Both the position numbers and the translations under genes were made by a program. Under the pieces are notes generated by a model. That model had not been told where the DNA came from. It ran no database searches and was given only the letters and a program-made list of their open reading frames with translations. Of a DNA stretch of 64,000 nt, positions 29,696 to 39,200 are shown piece by piece (within the stretch, counting starts at the first letter, position 1; each line of letters starts with the position of its first letter). The DNA is taken from NCBI GenBank assembly GCA_963668645.2, contig CAXXWC010000018.1, positions 544,001-608,000 on the forward strand, given 5' to 3'. This stretch comes from Desulfobacterales bacterium (GTDB lineage: Bacteria > Desulfobacterota > Desulfobacteria > Desulfobacterales > UBA2174).

Positions 29696-29775
29696 GGGGT
29701 GTAGATCATCGTCGTGCTCACGTCGTTGTGGCCCGGCAGTTCCTGGACGGTACGGATGTCGTCGTAGCCGCCATG
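29696..29775 (-). pseudogene. intI: Integron integrase C-terminal fragment
   Basis: GYDDIRTVQELPGHNDVSTTMIYT, close to the IntI box II consensus GYDIRTVQELLGHxDVSTTMIYT. Confidence 0.65.
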
Positions 29776-29995
29776 TACAGGATCCTTGTGCAATTTTAAC
29801 GGAGGGCAACCCATTTACTGTTTTTCTCCTCCTGCTTTTTCTTCCCTCACATCTTTATCGCCCCGCCCGCAGGTCCACCACGTTACCGGAACGGTGCGGG
29901 CCAATGGCTGGAAGGTGACTTGTCTGCCGACTTCCAAATTCGTGCCATATTTGGTAACCTATCAGGCCTGACACATTCAAAAATGAGATCCTGCC

Positions 29996-30514
29996 ATGCC
30001 CAAAACCGTGCCACCGATTGAGTCTCCACCCGGATCGTCTCCCTCGATCCGCTCCCTGACGCGCCGGGAGTTCACATCCTTTACCCTGGCAATCGGGGCC
30101 ACGCTCGTCGCCGGCGGTTTTCCGATTGCGGCCCATGGCCGTCAGGCCGGATCAGTGCAAACCCAATTCCAGAGACTCCGTTTGACCGACCGCCCCAGCC
30201 AGAATCCCGCCTTTCGTGCCAAAGCGCTCTGCGACGGGGGAGCGCTTCTGTGGGTCCGGCGGCAGGACGGCACCGTGACGGCCTTCGTGGTAAACCGTCT
30301 GGGGCGGCGCATTTACGAGCTTTGCGATGGACGGCGCTCCCTGGAGGCGGTTTGCCACGCCTATGCCGCCCAAACGGGTGCAACACCGGCGGCAGCGGCC
30401 GGTTTTCTCGATGATCTGGTTGAAAAAGGGGTGATTGTACGGGGCGGCTACCTGCGGGTTTCGGCGGATTTTCCCCGGCCCGGCCAGGGTGGGAGTTATG
30501 TGCACCGGTTCTGA
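29996..30514 (+). CDS. PqqD/RRE-family protein with twin-arginine signal peptide
   Basis: TRREFT + hydrophobic stretch; VNRLGRRIYELCDGRRSLEAV...FLDDLVEKGVI. Confidence 0.8.
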   Translation: MPKTVPPIESPPGSSPSIRSLTRREFTSFTLAIGATLVAGGFPIAAHGRQAGSVQTQFQRLRLTDRPSQNPAFRAKALCDGGALLWVRRQDGTVTAFVVNRLGRRIYELCDGRRSLEAVCHAYAAQTGATPAAAAGFLDDLVEKGVIVRGGYLRVSADFPRPGQGGSYVHRF

Positions 30515-31889
30515 GGCCGCCGTTCCGGAGGTGCAGGATTTCGAAACCGCTTGCCGGGTTCCGGAAACGAACATCTTCGTTCTGCCCCACGGGAGGCGGT
30601 TTATCGTCTACGCGCCGGTGCGGGGCCTCGTGCTGGAGATGAACGCCGCAGCCGTTCGCCGGCTCAAGGACCATTGCCTCAGCCGCGGCAGCATCCCGCT
30701 GCCCCCGAGCATTCAACAACGCCTGGGCGACACGGCCTGGATATTCGAGCCCGACCGCCTGGACAGCCAGCCCCCCCCGACACCGTTCGAACCCGATCGG
30801 GTCACCCTGTTTCTGACCAACCGCTGCAACCTGCGCTGCCGGTATTGCTACGCCGAAGCCGGCGGCCGGCCGGCCCGGGAGATGAGCGACCCGATCGCTG
30901 CGGCGGCCATCGACCTGGCCTGGCAAAACGCGGCGCGGCACGGAACCCCCCTCCAGGTGGGATTTCACGGCGGCGGAGAACCCACCCTGGCCTGGCGCAC
31001 CCTGACCCGGGCCGTGGCCCATGCCGAATCCCTAACCCGCGGCTACCGGCCGGGCCTGAAGCTGGCACTGACCACCAACGGACTGCTGGCATCCGAACAG
31101 ATCGACTATCTGGCGGACCATTTCCCGGGGATCATGCTCTCCTTGGACGGCCCGCGGGACATTCAGGATGCCCAGCGCCCCAGGGCCGGCGGCGGCGGGT
31201 CCTTCGATGCGGTGATGGCAACGGTGAAACGGCTGCGGGCCAAACGGCTGCCCTTTGCCATCCGTGCCACCATCACCCGTCAAAACGTGACCCGCATGCC
31301 GGAAATGGTCGATTTTTTCGTTTCCGAGACCGGATGCCGCTCTCTTCACTTCGAGCCGGCCTTTGCCTGCGGCCGCTGCGCCGGATCCGGGGACGTGCCC
31401 GGCGGCCCTGTCTTTGCCCGCGCCTATCTTTCGGCCTTCCGCCGGGGAATCGATCTGGGGGTGGCCGTTCGCTACTCGGCAGGCCGGTTGATGGGACGGC
31501 GGACCAGCTTCTGCGGGGCGGCCCAGGGCGGATTCAACGTCACTTTGGACGGCCTGGTCAGCGCCTGTTATGAGGTCTGCGACGCCGCCCACCCCCTGGC
31601 CGATACCTTCATCTATGGCCGGTTCGACAGGCAAACCGGCCGATTCGGGTTCGACCGCCGTCGCCTGGATCGGTTGCGGGCCATGGTGGTGAAAAACAAA
31701 CCGCACTGCGAAAACTGCTTTTGCCGCTGGCAGTGCGCCGGGGACTGCCCGGTCCGGGTGGAGGGTACCCGGATCGATTTCGCATCTGCGAGTCCCCGCT
31801 GCGAAATGAATCAGACGATTCTCAAAGGCATGCTCGTCGAACTGGTCGAAAGGCACCCATGGGAGCCGCCGCAAAAGACATCTTCCTGA
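30498..31889 (+). CDS. Radical SAM/SPASM maturase 1
   Basis: CNLRCRYC, FHGGGEPTL, SLDG, CENCFCRWQCAGDC. Confidence 0.93.
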   Translation: MCTGSEAAVPEVQDFETACRVPETNIFVLPHGRRFIVYAPVRGLVLEMNAAAVRRLKDHCLSRGSIPLPPSIQQRLGDTAWIFEPDRLDSQPPPTPFEPDRVTLFLTNRCNLRCRYCYAEAGGRPAREMSDPIAAAAIDLAWQNAARHGTPLQVGFHGGGEPTLAWRTLTRAVAHAESLTRGYRPGLKLALTTNGLLASEQIDYLADHFPGIMLSLDGPRDIQDAQRPRAGGGGSFDAVMATVKRLRAKRLPFAIRATITRQNVTRMPEMVDFFVSETGCRSLHFEPAFACGRCAGSGDVPGGPVFARAYLSAFRRGIDLGVAVRYSAGRLMGRRTSFCGAAQGGFNVTLDGLVSACYEVCDAAHPLADTFIYGRFDRQTGRFGFDRRRLDRLRAMVVKNKPHCENCFCRWQCAGDCPVRVEGTRIDFASASPRCEMNQTILKGMLVELVERHPWEPPQKTSS

Positions 31890-33214
31890 TACCGGTGGAC
31901 CACCGCTGCCTGGTCCACGCGCCCCTTCACGGGGTCACCGCCGTGGTCAACCGGGCGGCGGCCGGACGGCTCCGGCAGATACTTACCGCAGGCCATCTGC
32001 CGGCCGACCTCGAAGAAGGGCTCGGGCCCTTGGCGCGGCGGTTGTGCCGGCCGCCGGCGCCGGCACCGGTGCACCGGACCGGCCCCTTCGCGCCGCGCCG
32101 GCTGAATCTGTTCATCACCGGGGACTGCAACCTGGCCTGCCGCTATTGTGTGCCGAACGGCGGCGGCGCCCCCCGTGCCACGATGCCGGAAGAGATCTGC
32201 ACCCTGGCGCTGGCGTCTTTCGCAGCCATTGCAAGGCGCGATCGGCTCCCCGATGTCACGGTCTATCTGCATGGTGGAGAACCGCTGCTCCACCTGGATC
32301 GGGTGGCCTTCTGCCTGGCCGAGGGCCGGCGGCAGGCCGGCAGACTCGGTCTGCCGTTTTATCTTTGCGCCACCACCAACGGTTGCTTTCCAGAAAAAAC
32401 CGCCGAATGGGCCGCGGACCATTTCAATTTCCTCGTGGTCTCCCTGGACGGCACCGCCGGCGTTCACGACCGGCAGCGGCCCACGGCCAACGGCCGGGGC
32501 AGCTTCGCAACCGTGGCCGCCTTTCTTCACACCCTGAGACGGAAGAACGCCGCCTTCGCCATCCGCTGCACCGTTTCCGCCCAGGGGGCGGCGCAGATTG
32601 CGGATTGGACCCGCTTTTTTTGCCAGACCTTTGCGCCCCGGGTCATCGCCTTCGAGCCGGTCATGCCGACCGCCCGTTCGAAGGCGGCCGGCATCGGGCC
32701 GCCGGAAGCCGACGTTTTTGCCGGCGGCGTCATCGAGGCTCACCGCATCGCCAGCCAGTTCGGTATCGGCATCGAACTGCCGCGATGTGGCATCGACCGC
32801 ATCACACGTTGCGCCCAATGCGGCCTTGTCGACGACCAGATGATCGTCACCCCGGACGGTTCGGTCTCCACCTGTTTTGCCGCCGATCATGAAAACTCGC
32901 CCCATGCCGATCCGTTTATCGTGGGACGATGCCATCCGGGTCGCGGCGGGCTGCGGTTCGACCACCAGCGCATCGAGCGTGTGCGGGCCATGGGTGTCGA
33001 GTCCATGACCGCCTGCAACGACTGCTTCTGCCGCTGGCACTGCGCCGGGGGCTGCCGGATTATCCATTCGCCCGAGGCCGAGACGCAGGTCCGGCATCTG
33101 GCCTGTGCCATCACCCGTCATCTGATACGATGGAAACTGCTCCGGCGCGTGGACATCGCCACGGCGGCCGTCCCGATACAACGAGCGGAACAGGAACAGC
33201 ATGCATCCATCTAA
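31859..33214 (+). CDS. Radical SAM/SPASM maturase 2
   Basis: CNLACRYC, HGGEPLL, SLDG, CNDCFCRWHCAGGC. Confidence 0.93.
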   Translation: MGAAAKDIFLIPVDHRCLVHAPLHGVTAVVNRAAAGRLRQILTAGHLPADLEEGLGPLARRLCRPPAPAPVHRTGPFAPRRLNLFITGDCNLACRYCVPNGGGAPRATMPEEICTLALASFAAIARRDRLPDVTVYLHGGEPLLHLDRVAFCLAEGRRQAGRLGLPFYLCATTNGCFPEKTAEWAADHFNFLVVSLDGTAGVHDRQRPTANGRGSFATVAAFLHTLRRKNAAFAIRCTVSAQGAAQIADWTRFFCQTFAPRVIAFEPVMPTARSKAAGIGPPEADVFAGGVIEAHRIASQFGIGIELPRCGIDRITRCAQCGLVDDQMIVTPDGSVSTCFAADHENSPHADPFIVGRCHPGRGGLRFDHQRIERVRAMGVESMTACNDCFCRWHCAGGCRIIHSPEAETQVRHLACAITRHLIRWKLLRRVDIATAAVPIQRAEQEQHASI

Positions 33215-36200
33215 GCCATTGTCGTTTCTCGCGCGCCCCGTGCTGACCGCCATCGTATGCGCCGCTGTTCTCGGGATCGGGTTTAGCCCGGTGTACGCCG
33301 ATCACGACACGGCCAAAACGGCGCTCAAATACGGCAACGACCTTTTTTTTCAGCAGGATTTCATCGGGGCTGAAACCCGTTTTGCAGCCGCCGTGGCCGA
33401 AGATCCCGACTGGGCCGTGGCCTACAACAACCGCGGGCTCGCCCGCTACAAGCAGGAACGGCTCGCCGATGCGGAAGCCGACTTCACCACGGCCATCGCC
33501 AAGGACGGCGATTATCTGGCACCGCTCATCAACCGGGCCAAGTGCCGCGCCGCCCAGAAACGATGGGCCGATGCCCTGGACGATCTCCAGCAGGGGCTGG
33601 CCCTTTGCCCGCAGCACCCGAAGCTGTTGTACAACCTGGCCTGGGTTTACGACGCCCAGGGGGAGACCGCTGCGGCCGCCGAAACCTATGAGGCGGTGCT
33701 GGTCCTTTCCCCGGACCATCTGCGCGCCCGGATCGGCCTGGCCGTGGCCTATGCTGCCCTGGGCCGCACGGACGACGCCCTGGCCATGTTCTACGAGGCC
33801 CTGAACCGGGCCGAACGGGGTGATTTCGACTCCCTGCTGGCCGCCCACAACCTGGATCTGCTGCGAGGCCCCGGCCTCAGCTTTGCCACCCAGGAAGCGG
33901 CCGATTTCCACACCCAGGGCGTTTTTCACCTGGCCACCGGCCAGCACACCGCCTGCTGCACGGCACTCAATAGCGCCCTGGCCTGCGATCGTGGTTCGGC
34001 TGCAACCTACTGGGTGCGGTACCTGAGCTACTTGAAGCGCGCAGAGGAACGCCTGGCCCGGATCTGCCGGCAGCAGGCCGGCACCCGCCTCGAACGGCGC
34101 TATGTCCGCGGGTTTACCGACGGCGCCGACATCTTCCACAACGGCCTTCACCAGGGGACCGCGCCGGCCATGCTCTATTTGTTTCCCGGCCCTTCGGATC
34201 TGGTCCTGAGGCACCTGGTCGAGGGGACCCGTTATCAATGGGCCGGACCGCTGGCGGCGGGCGACAGCGCCGGAGATCTGCTGCCCCTGCGGCTCAATCC
34301 GGCCGCGGTATCGGCATACCAGGCGTTCGGTCCGGTTGCGGACAGCGACGGCGACCGGCTGGCGGACGCCTGGGAACAGTTGTGGTTTGCCGGCCTGGAC
34401 CAGGAACCGGCGGACGACGCCCCGGACGGCGACGGTCTGGCCGATCTGGACGAATTCAGGTCCGGCACCAGTCCTGCCGCGGTCGATACCGACGGCGACG
34501 GGCGCTCCGACGCCCTGGAATCCGCCGGCGGTGAAACCGATCCGGCCAGGGGCAATGCGTTTTTTTATGTCAACGACGCAGATACGCAAAACGACATTTA
34601 CTGCACCGCCCCCGGCGATGACACCCACGACGGGCTCAGTCCGGCCACCCCCAAAGCCTCTCTATCCGCCCTGCTGGCGGCCGTGGATCTGCCGCCGGGG
34701 GCCGTGGTGCGGATCGACACCGGCACCTACGTTTCGACGGCCGATACCGTGGTGGCTGCGCAGGACGGGGGAACGGCCCTGCTGCCCGTCACCATTTGCG
34801 GGGCCCCCGGCGGCGGCACCGTGCTCCGGCGCGATGGCGGAGCGACCGGCGCGGCGGTGTTGCGACTGGACCACACCGCCCAGGTCAAGATCGTGAACCT
34901 GGTTTTGACCGGCGCCCAGGACGGTTTCGGCCTGTTGGATCAGGCAAGCCAGGGGTGCCGGGTGGAGCGCTGCACCGCCCGGGGCAACGGGACGGGATTT
35001 TACTTCAATGGCCCGATCCGCAACAGCCTGGCCTGGGACAACGATACCGGCCTGGACATCGGCCCCGAGGCCCGGGTGGCCAACTGCACCGTGGCGCAAA
35101 ACCGCCAGGTGGGCATTTTCATCCGGGGCGGCCACATCTCCGGCAGCATCGTCACCGCGGCAGGATCCGGAGCCTATGCCCTCTATCATGCCGAGGGCGA
35201 CCTGCGCTCGGATCACAACGACCTTTTTGTCACCGGCGGTGCGGCCGTGGGGTTTTCCCTGGGCCGCCGGACCTGCCTGGCAAACTGGCGCGCCGCCACA
35301 GGCCAGGACCTGAACAGCCTGAGCGAGGATCCCCTGTTTGCGGAAGCGCCGCAGGGCGATTTTTCCCTGCAATCGGCCGGCGGCCGCTACGATGCCGCTG
35401 CCGCTGCATGGGTCGCCGATGCCCTGACCAGCCCGGCCGTGGACGCCGGCGCCCTGGATGCGGACAGCTCCGGAGAGCCGCTGCCAAACGGCGGGCGCAC
35501 CAACCTGGGCGCCTTCGGTGGCACCGGCCAGGCATCCAAAAGCGGCCCTCTGCGCCGGTTGCGGCTGCTGACCCCCGCCGGCGGGGAGCGCTGTGCAGCC
35601 ACGGTCCCCATCCGGTTTTGCTGCACCGGCACGGCCTGGACGGCAACCGATACCCTGGCCATTTACTATGCCACGCAGGACTCGCCCCTCGACTGGACCC
35701 CGATCGCCCAGGGCATCCCTTACGACCTTGGGGCCTATCTCTGGCAAGCCCCTGCGGAGGTGGTGGCGGCGGGCCAGCCGGTATGGATCCGCCTGACCGC
35801 GGAATCGGACCCGGCCCTTGCCGCTGCGGCTGGCAGCCCCTTTTATTTTCGTGACTTGGTGCTTACGGCCCCGGTGGGCGGCGAGCGGGTATCGGGAACC
35901 CTGAGCGTCACCTGGCAGACCACCGGCGCCGGATGGACGGCCGAAGACGCCCTGCGCCTGGAAGTTTCCGCCGACAACGGCCGGACCTGGATCACGGCCG
36001 CCGAACACCTGCCGGCCGCGCAAGGCAGCTACGACTGGGACTGCACCGGCGCGGTCGACGGCCCCTACCACCGGATCCGCCTGGTCTCGGAGCGGACCCC
36101 GGACCTCTGGGCCCAGAGCGCGAGGGCGTTTTACGTATGCAACGCACCGTTGCACTACTATGTCAACGATGCCCAAACAGCCCTCGACGCCTGGTGCACA

Positions 36201-39200
36201 GCCCCGGGGCAAGACCTGGCCGGCAACGGCGCCACCCCGGACCGGCCCGCCGCATCGGTCAACTGGATCGTGGACACCTTCGATCTCGAACCTGGCGACA
36301 CGGTACACATCGACACCGGCACCTATGTCCTGGCGGCCGACATCGTGGTGACGGCTGACGATGCCGGGGCGGAGAACCATCCGGTGCGATTCGAAGGCGC
36401 GCCTTTCGGGGTGGTCCTGAACCGGGCCAATCCCAATGCCGGAAACCCGGCCTGGCGCATCGACGGTGCCTCGAACATCACCATCACCACGGCCACCAGC
36501 GATCGCCATCCCCAGGCGCCCCGCAAATGGATGGCCGTCACCGGCGGCTACAGCGGCATCGATCTGAGCGTTGCCTATCATTGCACCCTGAGCCGGCTGG
36601 AGCTTTACGGCAATACCCACGCGGGCATCGCCGGCAACAGCACTCTCGATCTTGCCTGCCGCAACAACGTCATTCACCACAATGCCCGGGGCATCTACCT
36701 GTGGGGCTGTCGTACCAACAGACTGGAAAACAACACCCTGTACCAAAACAGCACCAGCCAGATCGACCTGGAGCAGTACTCGGTCTCCAACACCCTGGGC
36801 AACAACATCGTCGTCGCCAGAGGAAGCGGCGCCATGGGCATCCGGGTCCATGACAAGAGCCGGGATCTGACCTTTTGCGACTACAACCTCATTCACGCCT
36901 CTCAGGGCGCCATCGCAGGCCACTACAGCGGCGACTGCGCCACCCTCCAGGCCTGGCAGGCCGCCACGGCCCGCGACGCCCACAGCCTGTCCAACGCCCC
37001 CGGGTTCGTAGACGGCGAAAACGGCGACGTCCACCTGGCCAGTTCCGGGGGCAGCTACCATGGCGGAAAATGGCGGGCGGACGACACGAGTGCCGCCGGC
37101 ATCGATGCCGGTGATCCGGCCGTCGATGTCGGGGACGAGCCCTCCGACCATGGAAACCGGATCAACCTCGGCGCTTACGGCGGTACGGACCAGGCCTCGC
37201 GCACCCCGCCGGACCGGGCCCTGGTGCTCCAGGCCCCCAACGGCGGTGAAACGGTGAACGGCGTTTGCACCGTGCGGTGGCGAAGCGCCGGCCGGGGGTG
37301 GGCGGAGACGGACACCGTCAGCGTCCAGATCTCCTCCGATGACGGGGGCACCTGGCAGACGGTGGCCAGCGGGATCGCGGCGGCCGACGAGGCCTGGGCC
37401 TGGGATACCACGGCCCATCCCAGCGGCGCCAACTACCGGCTGCGGATCACCTGCGATGCGCAGCCCGGCCTTGCGGCGGCCAGTGAACAATGGTTTGCCG
37501 TCACCAACAGCCGGATCACCTACTACGTCAACGACGGGTCGATCGAAGGCGATCTCTGGTGCACGGCCCCCGGGTCGGATGCGCCCCAACGGGGAACGGC
37601 GCCGGCGTCCCCGGCCGCTTCGGTCTCCTGGATCCTTGAAAACTACGATCTGGAGCCCGGCGATGTGGTGCAGGTGGACACGGGCGTTTACGCGCTTTCG
37701 GAAAACATCCGGATCACCGCCGCAGATCAAGGCGACGCCACCGCCCCCGTGGTCTTCGAGGCCTCCCCCTACGGGGTCACCCTGGACCGGGGCGACCGCT
37801 CCGGGGGCAGTTACGCCTGGTCCATCGACAACGCCGACCATATCGTCATCCGCACGGCCAGCGCGGAAACGGATCCGGAACGGCCCCAGACATGGATGCG
37901 CCTGGTCAACACGCATATCGCCGTCAACCTGGGTTATGCCGAAGACTGCACCGTGGAACGGATCACGGCCGTGGACTGCGGCAACATCGGCGTGAATCTT
38001 TTTCGCAGCCATTCAAACCGGGTGCGCCATTGTGTGGTGTACGGGGCGGACAACTACGGCATCCAGCTTTGGGACGCCACGGAAAACCGGATCGAAAACA
38101 ACACCATGGCATCGAATCGGTATGGCGGCGTGATCCTGACGGGATCCGCCGCGGCCAATGAACTGAGCAACAACATCATCTATCAGACCGGCACGAACCG
38201 GGCCGGGATCGACAGCCGCAGCCAGCAGACCCTGGCGGCATCGGACTACAATCTCGTGCAGACCGAGAACGGCGCCGTTTTCGGGCTTTTCGGCGTCAAC
38301 GAATTCTGTGCCACCCTGCGGGACTGGCAGGCCAAATCCGCACTGGACACCCACAGCATGGTCGCCGATCCCGGCTTCGCCGACCCCGGGGCCGGCGATT
38401 ACCACCTGTTGAGCACGGGGGGACGCTATGACGGGGGAACCTGGCAGATCGATCCTCTGTCGAGCCCGGCCCTGGACGCCGGAGACCCGGCCGTGGACCC
38501 GGGCATTGAACCGGCCGCCAACGGCGGGCGCATCAATATGGGCGCCTACGGGGGCACCGCCGGGGCATCCAAATCGCCGGCCGGGCGCGGGCTGGCCCTG
38601 CGCATGCCCCGGGGCGGGGACGTGGTTGAGGGCCAATACCCCATCGCCTGGCTGAGCCCGGGCCAGGGGTGGGAAGAGGGCGACACCATTTCCATCGACT
38701 ATTCGACGGACAACGGCACCACCTGGCAGCCCCTGGCCCGGGCTGTGCCGGCCCGCACGGGCGCCGGGGATATGGCCTTCAAATGGGATACTACGACGCT
38801 GGCCGACCAGCCGTTTTACCGGGTGCGCATCACCTGCGACCAGGATGTTGCGGTCAGCGATGCGGGGGCCCATTGGTTTACCGTTCACAACCGGCCCATC
38901 GCCTATTACGTCAACGACGACGACGAGACAGACGACGTCTGGTGCACGGCCCCGGGAAGCGACGCCCATGACGGCCTGGCGCCGCAACGCCCGCTTTGCA
39001 CCATTCAGGCGGTCATCGAGCGCTACGACCTGGAACCGGGCGATACGGTGTTCATCGACACCGGGTCCTATCCCCTGGCGGCCGACATTCGCATCACCAA
39101 TGCCGACGAAGGCGATACAGACGCTCCGGTCACTTTCAAGGCATCTGCGGCGGGTGTCTCGATCCAGCGCAGCGGAACCAGCGGCGGGCGGTGTGCCTGG

